A stretch of 32,000 bases of DNA from Pyrobaculum calidifontis JCM 11548 (GCF_000015805.1 NC_009073.1:1200001-1232000); one strand, 5' to 3'; counted from the first letter of the stretch, positions 20,173 through 28,911 are shown. Numbers and translations are program-made. Notes: generated by a model not told the origin, from the sequence alone.

Positions 20173-20395
20173 CTAGAGGAGGGCCTTTGCTCTCTCTAGG
20201 TAGTGCTCCACCCCGCGTATTAGGGGCACGCACTCCCACCTCTTCGAAGATCTGCCCGTAGAAGCACTCGCCGTGAAGCCTTCCCCTTGCCTCAACGAGG
20301 AAGGTGGCTAACTGCTCGCCTTGGTAAGACTTGACCACGGCCCCCTCTGCGAATTCTTCTCTGCCGTGGGCGGCGTAGAACTCTTCGCATAGGTC
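20173..20395 (-). pseudogene. Possible PaREP1-like C-terminal remnant (frameshifted, no start codon)
   Basis: One frame reads DLCEEFYAAHGREEFAEGAVVKSYQGEQLATFLVEARGRLHGECFYGQIFEE. A second frame reads WECVPLIRGVEHYLERAKALL*. The L..FL.EA..LH..FYG pattern resembles the PaREP1 C-terminal half. No usable start codon is present. It sits in an otherwise empty 520-nt gap. Confidence 0.25.
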
Positions 20396-20588
20396 CCGAC
20401 GCCTGCGCAGAGGGATAGGTTTAGGGTGGTTTTGAAGAAGCTTCTTGTGGCGAGTAGGTGGGGGCGGGGAGGGGCATAGGCTAGCCGCTGAATTTCTGCG
20501 CGTCATTAGTTGCAGGGGCAGGCTCTTCGCCTTTGGGGGCGCCTCGCTGGCTGGTGCGCTGTACAGGCTTATATACTTGGGCATATGC

Positions 20589-21482
20589 GTGGTTGTGGAT
20601 CTTGCCCAGCTTAAGGCCGCTCTTCTCAAGCTGTTGAAGGAGGATGAGGAGTTTAGGTACGCAGTGGCTGGGCTAATTGGGCTAGAGGAGATTCTGAGGA
20701 GGCTTGATAGACACGAGGAACTTCTCGTGGAACTCTTCAAGAGGCTTAAGAGACACGAGGAGGAGCTTGTGAAAATTTGGGAAGAGCTGGCAAGGCTGAG
20801 GGAGGACATGAACAAGGGGTTCCAGCGTTACGACCAACTCTTTGCCGAGGTATTTAAACGGTTGGATCGCCATGAGGAGGAGCTTGTGCGTTTAAGAGAA
20901 GACATGAATAGGGGGTTCCAACGCTACGACCAGCTATTCGCTGAGGTGTTCAAGAGGCTGGATCGCCACGAGGAAGAGTTGGTGAAGCTTAGGGAGGACA
21001 TGAACAAGGGGTTCGCGCAACACGAGGAGAGGATTGGGGGAGTGGAGAAGGAGCTTGCCAAGCTTAGGGAAGATATGAATAAGGGCTTTGACCGGCTTCA
21101 GCGTCGTCTTGATGCCCTGGGCGCTAGGTGGGGCGTTATGAGTGAGAAGGCTTTCCGCGAGGGCCTTCGTGGCGTTGTGGAGGAGGAGCTTGGCCTCAGG
21201 GTAGAGAGGTGGACGGCGTACGACGGGGAGGGCAAGGTGTTCGGCTTCCCAAGCGAGGTAGAGGTGGACGTCGCCGTTAAAGACGGCAAGGTCATACTCA
21301 TCGAAATTACGTCACACGCCAGGGCGCCTGACGTGATCATCTTCAAGAAAAAGGCCGATCTATACGCCGAGAAAGAGGGCAGAAGGCCAGACAGACTTAT
21401 TATTATCACGCCCTACGCCGAAGAAGATGCGAAAAAAGTCGCGGAGAGGCTGGGAATTGAAATCTACACGGGGGGCGACTAA
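20589..21482 (+). CDS. Coiled-coil repeat protein with a C-terminal PD-(D/E)xK-like (DUF3782-like) domain, paREP-type
   Basis: Four LREDMN(K/R)GF repeats lie in a coiled coil. The C-terminus (FPSEVEVDVAVKDGKVILIEITSHARAPDV..LIIITPY) has a restriction-endonuclease-like E-x-D...E-x-T/K layout. The start is set at GTG 20589 or 20595, just downstream of the TATA-like CTTATATAC at 20568-20576. The ORF-track start is 20445. Confidence 0.7.
   Translation: MVVDLAQLKAALLKLLKEDEEFRYAVAGLIGLEEILRRLDRHEELLVELFKRLKRHEEELVKIWEELARLREDMNKGFQRYDQLFAEVFKRLDRHEEELVRLREDMNRGFQRYDQLFAEVFKRLDRHEEELVKLREDMNKGFAQHEERIGGVEKELAKLREDMNKGFDRLQRRLDALGARWGVMSEKAFREGLRGVVEEELGLRVERWTAYDGEGKVFGFPSEVEVDVAVKDGKVILIEITSHARAPDVIIFKKKADLYAEKEGRRPDRLIIITPYAEEDAKKVAERLGIEIYTGGD
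20796..20987 (+). repeat. Tandem 96-bp (32-codon) intragenic duplication
   Basis: Unit 1 (20796-20891) encodes LREDMNKGFQRYDQLFAEVFKRLDRHEEELVR. Unit 2 (20892-20987) encodes LREDMNRGFQRYDQLFAEVFKRLDRHEEELVK. Nucleotide differences are mostly at third codon positions. Partial further copies start at 20988 and 21063. Confidence 0.85.
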
Positions 21483-21685
21483 GGGCATGTGTTTTGTGTT
21501 TGTTGTTTGGCCTTGGCCAACTGCTTTGCCAGCCTCTTCACGTCCACTGGCGCTGTTGCCAACACTGCTCTCTCAAGCCTCTCCTCCCTCACGTCTACCA
21601 ACACCGCGACGCCGTCGGGATACCGCTCTTTAAACCTCTTCACTGCCTCCAGCTCAGCCATCCTCCCCGCGAAGGGTAGCTCCAC
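21479..21685 (-). pseudogene. Fragment of an 'archaeal ATPase' paralogue lacking the P-loop
   Basis: MELPFAGRMAELEAVKRFKERYPDGVAVLVDVREERLERAVLATAPVDVKRLAKQLAKA aligns with residues of the 15083-16177 protein. It skips the 30 codons containing GPEGCGKS and stops after about 68 codons. Confidence 0.75.
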
Positions 21686-21712
21686 GTTGTTGCCAGGGGC
21701 AGAGATATAAGC

Positions 21713-22528
21713 CTACGCTACAGCGGCTGGCCCGCTTGGCGGCTGTGGGTCATCAATGGAGGGACTAACTTGGCCGCGTCGCGCGTCTTGCCACAGTAGT
21801 ATAAACGCGGTGATGAGCGCCCAGAAGACCACGGCGTATGTTACCACCACCAGCGTGGGTCGTGCTGGCAATTGGTCGTAGCCCGCGGTGCCCAGCACTA
21901 TGACCTCCACAGTTTTCTCTTCGCCTGGCCCCACTTCCACGGTGACGGGCAGGCTCTCTCTGCCAAGGGCTGTGACGCGTATGGTGTATTTGCCCGGCGG
22001 CACCTCAAGCCCCCTAGGCGGCGTGGAGAGCTCCACAGCCACCGGCCCGGTTATAACCACAGCAGTGACGTATCTGTCAATTGACCTCCTGTCGTCGTCT
22101 AAGACGACTATGTTCAACACAGCAGTGGGCACTTGCATCGTGAGGGTCTGGTTTTGGCTTGGCTTCACCTCCACGGTTTGGGCGTATTCTTTGCCGGGTG
22201 CTGTGGCTTTCACAGTGTAGCGGCCGGGAAGCACCTCCGCGCCCACAGCCCCACGGCCCGTGGCGTAGAACACATCTCCCGTGGAGGCGCAGGCGGCGAA
22301 GTATCCGCTCTCTCCCCTCAGCCAACCCGCCGCCGAGCCGCTTTCTCTATCCAATAGGACGACGACTGGGGACTGCCGGGGCAGATCTGAGTACCCCACA
22401 ACGGCGACGTAGTTGCCGAAGAGACACGCGGCGAGGGCGTAGTCTGGCCCCGGCGTTGGGTTAAAAGAGGCAACCCACTGGGCAAGGGCGAGAACGGCGG
22501 CGAGGGCGGCAAGCAACAGAGCTTTCAC
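21713..22528 (-). CDS. Secreted/membrane-anchored protein with PEGA/CarboxypepD_reg-like beta-sandwich repeats
   Basis: The signal peptide is MKALLLAALAAVLALA. The repeats are PGRYTVKATAPGKEYAQTVEV and PPGKYTIRVTALGRESLPVTVEV. The C-terminal TM is LVVVTYAVVFWALITAFILLW. Confidence 0.7.
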   Translation of the reverse strand: MKALLLAALAAVLALAQWVASFNPTPGPDYALAACLFGNYVAVVGYSDLPRQSPVVVLLDRESGSAAGWLRGESGYFAACASTGDVFYATGRGAVGAEVLPGRYTVKATAPGKEYAQTVEVKPSQNQTLTMQVPTAVLNIVVLDDDRRSIDRYVTAVVITGPVAVELSTPPRGLEVPPGKYTIRVTALGRESLPVTVEVGPGEEKTVEVIVLGTAGYDQLPARPTLVVVTYAVVFWALITAFILLWQDARRGQVSPSIDDPQPPSGPAAVA

Positions 22529-22788
22529 TGTGGGGCGGCCGCCTGCTGGCTGGCGAGCCAGTTTAGCAACTCCTCTATCTCGGCCTCGTCGAAGTTTGCC
22601 ACTTGGAGCCGCTTCGCCAGATCCGGGTCTCCCACGACTATGGCGAACTTCTGCTTAATGTATGCGTGGGGGTCTGCCACTTTTTCTACTCCTGGGCAAT
22701 CGGCCGTGCAGACAATTCGGAAGCCCCACTTGGCTAACGCAAGGGCACGTTCGGGGGGACATCTTGTGAATAGAAAGACCACATCCAC
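22525..22788 (-). CDS. Hypothetical small protein
   Basis: 87-aa ORF whose stop overlaps the start of the downstream gene by 4 nt. An AT-rich promoter region lies upstream (22789-23051). Confidence 0.5.
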   Translation of the reverse strand: MDVVFLFTRCPPERALALAKWGFRIVCTADCPGVEKVADPHAYIKQKFAIVVGDPDLAKRLQVANFDEAEIEELLNWLASQQAAAPQ

Positions 22789-23051
22789 ATTGGTAAATTC
22801 GCACAGTTTTTAAATGTTGATTGTTCAAATATTTATATTTGACCTTTTATTAAATTTCAGAAACGCCTTCAATTTTTCGATTTGATTATTTCCGTTTTAA
22901 AATTGCGTCTTAGAAATTGAAACGTGTATTAAGCTACATATAGTATATGTATGCGTATATATAGCTTGAGGGCCGTGCTTCAGTGTGCATTTACGCAAAG
23001 TTTCAATTTTTGGCTATTAAATAGTTATAAACATCTCAAATTTTTTAGTCA

Positions 23052-23843
23052 ATGTCGGAGCGTCGGGTTTTGTGTGAGCTTAGGGATGGAGTGGCTTGGG
23101 CTGTGTTGAATAGGCCCGAGAAGTTGAACGCCATGGACTTAGAGCTCCGCAAGGAGCTTCTCCAGTGTCTTCAAGAGGCTGAGAGGAGGGAGGATGTGAG
23201 AGTGGTTGTCATTAGGGGGAGCGGCAAGGCGTTTAGCGCCGGTGCCGACATTAGCCACTTGAAGATGTTGTCTGAGATGACGTTGGCGGACTTTGACAAG
23301 TTGAAGGGGTTTGGCATAACGGATATTGGGCTTTTCATACGGAGCATGTCTAAGCCGGTTATCGCCGTGGTGCATGGGTACTGCGTAGGCGGGGGGATGG
23401 AGCTCATACAGTACTGCGACTTGGTATACGCCACTACTGACGCGGTGTTTTTCCAAGGGGAGATAAACGTGGGGATTATCCCAGGAGGCGGGGGGACACA
23501 GCTACTGCCTAGGCTTATCGGCGAGAAGAGGGCCAAGGAGGCCATCTTCACCGCACGGCGGATTACCGCCCAGGAGGCCAAGGAGTGGGGGCTTGTCAAC
23601 GAGGTGTGCCCGCCTGAGAAAATCGACGAGTGTGTCAACAAGGTCGTTGAGGAAATTAAGCAGAGGAGCCCCGTGGCCATTGCCCTGGCGAAGAGGGCCA
23701 TAAACGCGGCTCTTGAGCTACCTCTCTCCAAGGGCCTTGAGTACGAGGCGCTGATGTTTCAAAGGGCCTTGGTGTCTGAGGACGGTAAAGAGGGGCTTAG
23801 GGCGTTTCTAGAGAAGAGGAAGCCTGTCTATAAGGGGCGATGA
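23052..23843 (+). CDS. Enoyl-CoA hydratase/isomerase (crotonase) family protein
   Basis: VLNRPEKLNAM, VVVIRGSGKAFSAGADI and VHGYCVGGGMEL are classic crotonase motifs. The ATG lies about 25 nt after the TATA-like TAGTTATAAAC. Confidence 0.9.
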   Translation: MSERRVLCELRDGVAWAVLNRPEKLNAMDLELRKELLQCLQEAERREDVRVVVIRGSGKAFSAGADISHLKMLSEMTLADFDKLKGFGITDIGLFIRSMSKPVIAVVHGYCVGGGMELIQYCDLVYATTDAVFFQGEINVGIIPGGGGTQLLPRLIGEKRAKEAIFTARRITAQEAKEWGLVNEVCPPEKIDECVNKVVEEIKQRSPVAIALAKRAINAALELPLSKGLEYEALMFQRALVSEDGKEGLRAFLEKRKPVYKGR

Positions 23844-23945
23844 TGCGCGTGTTTGTAATTGGGGCTGGCACAATGGAACATAGAAGTGGCCGATGGCAAG
23901 CTCGGCAGAAAGAGCGGGGAGGGGTTCTATAGGTATGCCTCTTAG
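23840..23945 (+). pseudogene. Remnant of a 3-hydroxyacyl-CoA dehydrogenase gene with almost the whole body deleted
   Basis: ATGATG at 23840 encodes MMRVFVIGAGTM, the N-terminal NAD-binding GxGxxG motif. About 10 nt later, in another frame, EVADGKLGRKSGEGFYRYAS* matches the conserved C-terminus (G.LG.K.G.GFY.Y). Only about 105 nt remain of a ~1 kb gene. Confidence 0.65.
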
Positions 23946-24876
23946 CCCTATACTAAGGCAAATTCTCCAACAGTTGGCCGCGCAGTTGCAGTTTAGACCC
24001 GACATGGACGTCAAGACGGTGAGAGAGCAGTTTGAGAAGTCCTCCCTCATCCTCGTCAAAATGGCCAATGAGCCTATTCACCGTGTGGAGGACATCACGA
24101 TTCCGGGCAGGGGCGGGCCAATTAGGGCTAGGGTTTATAGGCCGCGGGATGGGGAGAGGTTGCCCGCGGTGGTGTACTACCACGGCGGGGGCTTCGTCTT
24201 GGGGAGCGTGGAGACTCACGACCACGTGTGTAGGCGGTTGGCCAACCTCTCCGGGGCAGTCGTCGTCTCTGTGGACTACCGCCTAGCCCCCGAGCACAAA
24301 TTCCCCGCCGCCGTGGAAGACGCATACGACGCCGCCAAGTGGGTCGCCGACAACTACGACAAGCTCGGCGTCGACAATGGGAAAATCGCCGTGGCTGGGG
24401 ACTCGGCGGGGGGCAACTTAGCCGCGGTGACGGCCATCATGGCCAGGGACAGGGGGGAGAGCTTTGTGAAATACCAAGTGTTAATCTACCCCGCGGTCAA
24501 CCTCACTGGGTCTCCCACAGTGTCTAGAGTGGAGTACAGCGGGCCCGAATACGTCATCCTCACCGCCGACTTAATGGCGTGGTTTGGGAGACAGTATTTC
24601 TCAAAGCCGCAAGACGCCCTCAGTCCCTATGCCTCTCCCATATTTGCAGATTTGTCAAACCTCCCGCCCGCCCTGGTGATAACCGCCGAGTACGACCCGC
24701 TACGCGACGAGGGAGAGCTCTACGCCCACTTGTTGAAGACTAGGGGAGTTAGGGCCGTGGCGGTGAGGTACAACGGCGTCATCCACGGCTTCGTCAACTT
24801 CTACCCCATATTAGAAGAGGGGAGAGAGGCAGTTTCGCAAATTGCGGCCTCAATAAAGTCGATGGCTGTGGCGTAA
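23935..24876 (+). CDS. Carboxylesterase, hormone-sensitive-lipase (HSL) family
   Basis: HGGGF oxyanion motif, GDSAGGN nucleophile elbow, and C-terminal DPLRDE and HGF motifs. The product is 313 aa from ATG 23935 (MPLSPILRQILQQL...). As I recall it, this is the published Pyrobaculum calidifontis VA1 esterase. The ORF-track start at 23893 is an over-extension. Confidence 0.93.
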   Translation: MPLSPILRQILQQLAAQLQFRPDMDVKTVREQFEKSSLILVKMANEPIHRVEDITIPGRGGPIRARVYRPRDGERLPAVVYYHGGGFVLGSVETHDHVCRRLANLSGAVVVSVDYRLAPEHKFPAAVEDAYDAAKWVADNYDKLGVDNGKIAVAGDSAGGNLAAVTAIMARDRGESFVKYQVLIYPAVNLTGSPTVSRVEYSGPEYVILTADLMAWFGRQYFSKPQDALSPYASPIFADLSNLPPALVITAEYDPLRDEGELYAHLLKTRGVRAVAVRYNGVIHGFVNFYPILEEGREAVSQIAASIKSMAVA

Positions 24877-24927
24877 TTCGCGGGGGCTGACTTGATAAAG
24901 GAGATGGATACGGCGTGGAGATTATAA

Positions 24928-24940
24928 TTTTTCGTTTTTT
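24928..24940 (+). terminator. T-tract, putative archaeal terminator after the esterase gene
   Basis: TTTTTCGTTTTTT lies about 50 nt after the esterase stop, before the next gene's TATA-like element. Confidence 0.3.
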
Positions 24941-24980
24941 GTCTAAACAAAGGTAAAGATATGTGGCAGAATTTAGGATA

Positions 24981-26186
24981 ATGGTTGACCCATATCTCAT
25001 CCCCGAGCAGTATAAGTCGGAGATTGAGCTGGTCAGAAAGACGGCGCGTGAATTTGCCCAGAGGTATTTCACGAGAGAGCTCGCCCGCGAGGTGGATCAC
25101 AAGGAGGAGTTTCCATGGGACTTGTATCGGAAGGCGGGCGAGTTGGGGTTTATTGCCGCTACTCTGCCCCCGGAGTACGGCGGCGGGGGGCTTACGACGG
25201 AGCTCGCCTCGGCGGTTATAACCGAAGAGTTGGTGAGGGCTGACACCACGCTGGGCCAGGGCATTCTCTCCGGGGCCTTTGGGCTCTACGCGTTGTATCT
25301 CTTCGGCACCGAGGAGCAGAAGAAGCAGTACATACCGCCCGTGGCTAGGGGCGAGAAGACCTTCTTCCTCGCTTTAACAGAGCCGGACCATGGTAGCGAT
25401 ATAACACAGCTCTCCACTGTGGCGAAGAAGGAGGGGGACTACTACGTGTTAAAGGGGATTAAGACGTTTATTACAAATGCCCCAACGGCCGAGTACGGCC
25501 TCATCCTTGCGCAGACTGAGCCTGAGAAGGGGTACAGGGGCCAGACGCTGTTCCTCATTCACACGGATTGGCCTGGCGTAGACGTTAAGCCGCTGAAGGG
25601 GAAGATGGGGCAGAGGGCATCCCCCCTGGGCGAGATTAGGCTAGACGGAGTAAAAGTGCCCAAGGAATACGTGGTGGGCGGGCCGGAGGGACTTAATAAG
25701 GGCTTCTACTGGGCTCTCCAGTATTTAAACATTGGGAGAGTGCACGTCGGCGCCGTGGCGCTTGGCATGATGCTTGCGGCTTTTGATAGAGCGTACGACT
25801 TCGCTCAGAAGAGGGTCCAGTTTGGCAGACCCATCATAGAGTTCCAGCTTATTCAACAGAAGTTGGCCGAGATGGCGCAGTTGATAGACATATCTAGACT
25901 CGCCGTGTATAGGGCGCACTTAATTCTCGACGAGTACATCAAAGGCGCCGTGGAGCCGCGCACAATGGCGGCAATTTCCTCAATCACTAAGGTCTTTGTC
26001 ACTGAAAATGCCACAAAGGTGATAGACCACGCAATTCAGATCCTGGGCGGAAGCGGCTACATGGAGGAGTACGACGTGGAGAGGATCTGGAGAGACCACA
26101 GAGTTACCCGCATCTACGAGGGGACTACCGAGATAAACACTTTGACAATTGTTGACTCGCTGAGGCGGGGGTTCTACACTTTATGA
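24981..26186 (+). CDS. Acyl-CoA dehydrogenase
   Basis: LTEPDHGSD, ITNAP and IYEGTTEI are ACAD motifs. ATG 24981 lies about 25 nt after GTAAAGATATG. The ORF-track start is GTG 24963. Confidence 0.9.
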   Translation: MVDPYLIPEQYKSEIELVRKTAREFAQRYFTRELAREVDHKEEFPWDLYRKAGELGFIAATLPPEYGGGGLTTELASAVITEELVRADTTLGQGILSGAFGLYALYLFGTEEQKKQYIPPVARGEKTFFLALTEPDHGSDITQLSTVAKKEGDYYVLKGIKTFITNAPTAEYGLILAQTEPEKGYRGQTLFLIHTDWPGVDVKPLKGKMGQRASPLGEIRLDGVKVPKEYVVGGPEGLNKGFYWALQYLNIGRVHVGAVALGMMLAAFDRAYDFAQKRVQFGRPIIEFQLIQQKLAEMAQLIDISRLAVYRAHLILDEYIKGAVEPRTMAAISSITKVFVTENATKVIDHAIQILGGSGYMEEYDVERIWRDHRVTRIYEGTTEINTLTIVDSLRRGFYTL

Positions 26187-27346
26187 GAAAAGTCGCCGTA
26201 ATAGGCGTGGGGCAGTCGGTTTTCGGAGTTAGGGGTGATGTCACGTTGCAGGAGCTGGCTTGGGAGGCGGTGAGGGAGGCGTTGGAAGACGCCGGGATTA
26301 CGCAGAAGGACGTCGACATAAGCGTCGTGGGGACTGTGGGGACTAGGGGGTACGAGCTAATGCCTGCCCAGCCCGTGAACGACTACGTGGGAATGACGCC
26401 GAAGGGCCCCATTAGGGTGGAGATGGCTTGTGCCACAGGGCTGGCGGCGCTTACCGTGGGGTATAACTTTATTGCGAGCGGAAACGCCGACGTGGTATTG
26501 GCCATAGGGGTTGAAAAGATGAACGAAGTGGACACGCCTACCTCCCTCGCCGTTGGGGGGAGGGCTGGGAACTATCTATGGGAGTTCCACTTCTACGGCA
26601 CTACTATGCCGGCTGGCTACGCGCTCTACGCCACTGCGCATATGGCCAAGTTCGGCACCACTGAGGAGCACATGGCCCTTGTGGCTGTGAAAAACCACTA
26701 CTACGGGTCGCTGAATCCCAAGGCCCATTTCCAACACCCAGTTACCGTAGAAGAGGTGCTTAAGTCTAGGCCTGTGGCGTGGCCAATAAAGCTACTCGAC
26801 TCTTCGCCTATTAGCGACGGCGCCGCCGCCGTGGTGCTGGCCTCCGAAGACGCGGCGAGAAGGCTTAAAGTGGACACGCCGGTGTGGATAGCGGGCATAG
26901 GCTACGCCAACGACACCCCCATACTGACCCGTAGGCCGGACTACGTGGGCTACAGAGCCACTAGGCTAGCCGCCGAGATGGCGTACAAGAGGGCGGGCAT
27001 CGCCCCGCAGGACGTGGAAGTGGCAAACGTCCACGACGCCTTCACCATCGCCGAGATTATCGCCTATGAGGACTTGGGGTTTGTTAAAAAGGGCGAGGGG
27101 GCCAAGCTAATCGCCGAGGGGCAGACCTACGCAGGGGGAAAAGTGGCCGTCAACATAGACGGCGGTTTGAAGGCAAAGGGCCACCCCCTGGGCGCCACGG
27201 GGCTCGGCATGGTGTATGAGCTGACTAAACAGTTGAGAGAGGAGCGTGAGGGCAAGAGGCAGGCTCCGCTCAAGAGGTACGTCGCCTTGGCGCACAACGT
27301 GGCCGGGGTGGGACACGTAGCATATGTGGTCGTGTTGAGGCGATGA
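26183..27346 (+). CDS. Thiolase-like acetyl-CoA acetyltransferase (archaeal, SCP-x type)
   Basis: VEMACATGLAAL contains the active-site Cys. GGLKAKGHPLGATG and the GVG C-terminal motifs are present. The start overlaps the upstream stop (ATGA). Confidence 0.88.
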   Translation: MRKVAVIGVGQSVFGVRGDVTLQELAWEAVREALEDAGITQKDVDISVVGTVGTRGYELMPAQPVNDYVGMTPKGPIRVEMACATGLAALTVGYNFIASGNADVVLAIGVEKMNEVDTPTSLAVGGRAGNYLWEFHFYGTTMPAGYALYATAHMAKFGTTEEHMALVAVKNHYYGSLNPKAHFQHPVTVEEVLKSRPVAWPIKLLDSSPISDGAAAVVLASEDAARRLKVDTPVWIAGIGYANDTPILTRRPDYVGYRATRLAAEMAYKRAGIAPQDVEVANVHDAFTIAEIIAYEDLGFVKKGEGAKLIAEGQTYAGGKVAVNIDGGLKAKGHPLGATGLGMVYELTKQLREEREGKRQAPLKRYVALAHNVAGVGHVAYVVVLRR

Positions 27347-27798
27347 GTAGGAAGTACGTCAAAATTGAGGGGCCCTACGTGGAGTCTGTGCCGCTTGTGT
27401 ACAAGCACAAGATACCGATTCAGAAGACTGAGCAGTTCTGGAGGGGGCTCGCCGAGGGGAAGATATACGCCACCCGGTGTAAGAAGTGCGGCGCCGTCTA
27501 CTTCCCGCCGCAGGCAGACTGCCCCGTTGATATGAGCTCTGAGATGGAGTGGGTGGAGTTGCCCAGGGAGGGGGTTTTGGAAGCTTTTACTAAGGTTTAC
27601 GCCAGGCCTCAGGGCTTCGACGACTTAGAGCCGTACGTCATTGGCATAGCCACGCTTTCAAATGGCGTAAGAGTTATGGGCTGGGTAGAGCCCCCCGACG
27701 AGAGATGTATAAAAGTTGGAGACGCCGTTGAAGTAGGTACAAAAAGTGTTAAAGATAAATATATTATAGTTTTAAAGCTTAAAAAGAGTTGTACATAA
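27343..27798 (+). CDS. DUF35 Zn-ribbon/OB-fold protein (thiolase partner)
   Basis: CKKCGAVYFPPQADCP zinc ribbon followed by an OB-like C-terminus. ATGA coupling to the thiolase gives the canonical archaeal thiolase-DUF35 pairing. Confidence 0.85.
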   Translation: MSRKYVKIEGPYVESVPLVYKHKIPIQKTEQFWRGLAEGKIYATRCKKCGAVYFPPQADCPVDMSSEMEWVELPREGVLEAFTKVYARPQGFDDLEPYVIGIATLSNGVRVMGWVEPPDERCIKVGDAVEVGTKSVKDKYIIVLKLKKSCT

Positions 27799-27864
27799 AC
27801 ATCAAATGTATTTTTTATTAACTTAAATTGGAAAAGTATATAAACAAGAGAAACTCCCTAAACC

Positions 27865-28911
27865 GTGAGGGCGGCGGTGATCAAGGAGTGGGGCACGCCG
27901 CTGGAAGTAACCGACGTGCCCAAGCCCGAGCCTGGACCAGGCGAGGTCTTAGTCCGCATATCTGCCTCAGGGGTGTGTCACACAGACATCCACCAGTGGA
28001 AGGGAGACTGGCCCCCGGTACAAGCCCTGATGATTCAACACGGCGTGCGGATCCTCGGCCACGAGGGGATTGGGGTGGTAGAGGAGGTCGGGCTTGGGGT
28101 CTCTACCCTCAAGAAGGGGGACAGAGTGGGAGTCCCCTGGATGAACTACTGGTGCGGCCGGTGTGAGTACTGCCTCTCTGGCTACCCCCACTGGTGCCCC
28201 CACGCCAAGTACACCTCTGTCCACGTGGATGGGACACACGCCGAGTATGCTATTATTAGCGAACGCGCGACTCCTCGTATACCCAAGGAGATTAGCGACG
28301 TCGAAGCCGCGCCGCTTATGTGCGCCGGGGTGACGGCCTACGGCGCGGTGAGGAAGTTGATCACCGAGGCGGCGATACCGCCAGGGAAGCCCATAGCGAT
28401 TATAGGCGCTGCCGGCGGCCTAGGCCACTACGCCGTGCAAATCGCCAAGGCTTTTGGGTACACGGTGGTTGGAATAGACGTGGGAGCGGAGAGAGTGAAG
28501 TTCGTGGAGAAGCTCGGCGCCGATTATGCAGTAGACGTGGGAGAGGCTGATAAGTTTGTAATGGACAAGTGGGGCGGAGTTTATGCCTCAGTTGTCTTTA
28601 CGCCCAGGCTAGAGGGCTATAGGCTGGGGCTGAGGCTTTTGAGGCCTCTTGGGGCCTTGGTGTTCGTGGGCCTCCCAGACATGAAAGAGGGCGGCCTTGA
28701 GCTCTACCCCCTCGTAGTCGTGGGGCGCGGCATTAGGATATTTGGGAGTTCGGTCGGCGTAACCCACGAGTTTGAAGAATTGTTTAACCTAGTGGTGCAG
28801 GGGAAAGTGAAGAGCCACGTTACAAAGACGGCCTCTCTAAGCGAAATAAATGAAGTATTCAAAGACTTAGAGGAGGGAAAGATCGTGGGGAGGGCAGTCT
28901 TAAAAATCTAA
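27865..28911 (+). CDS. Zinc-dependent alcohol dehydrogenase (MDR family)
   Basis: GVCHTDIH, GHEGIGVV, the structural-zinc cysteines CGRCEYC and GAAGGLGH (NAD-binding). The GTG start lies 25 nt after GTATATAAAC. Confidence 0.9.
   Translation: MRAAVIKEWGTPLEVTDVPKPEPGPGEVLVRISASGVCHTDIHQWKGDWPPVQALMIQHGVRILGHEGIGVVEEVGLGVSTLKKGDRVGVPWMNYWCGRCEYCLSGYPHWCPHAKYTSVHVDGTHAEYAIISERATPRIPKEISDVEAAPLMCAGVTAYGAVRKLITEAAIPPGKPIAIIGAAGGLGHYAVQIAKAFGYTVVGIDVGAERVKFVEKLGADYAVDVGEADKFVMDKWGGVYASVVFTPRLEGYRLGLRLLRPLGALVFVGLPDMKEGGLELYPLVVVGRGIRIFGSSVGVTHEFEELFNLVVQGKVKSHVTKTASLSEINEVFKDLEEGKIVGRAVLKI

Noticed and set aside
20090-20815. 241-aa minus-strand ORF
   Set aside because: Its N-terminal two thirds are a Ser/Leu-rich antisense shadow of the coiled-coil gene. 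Only its 3' part (20173-20395) looks protein-like, and that part is reported separately as a possible PaREP1-like remnant.
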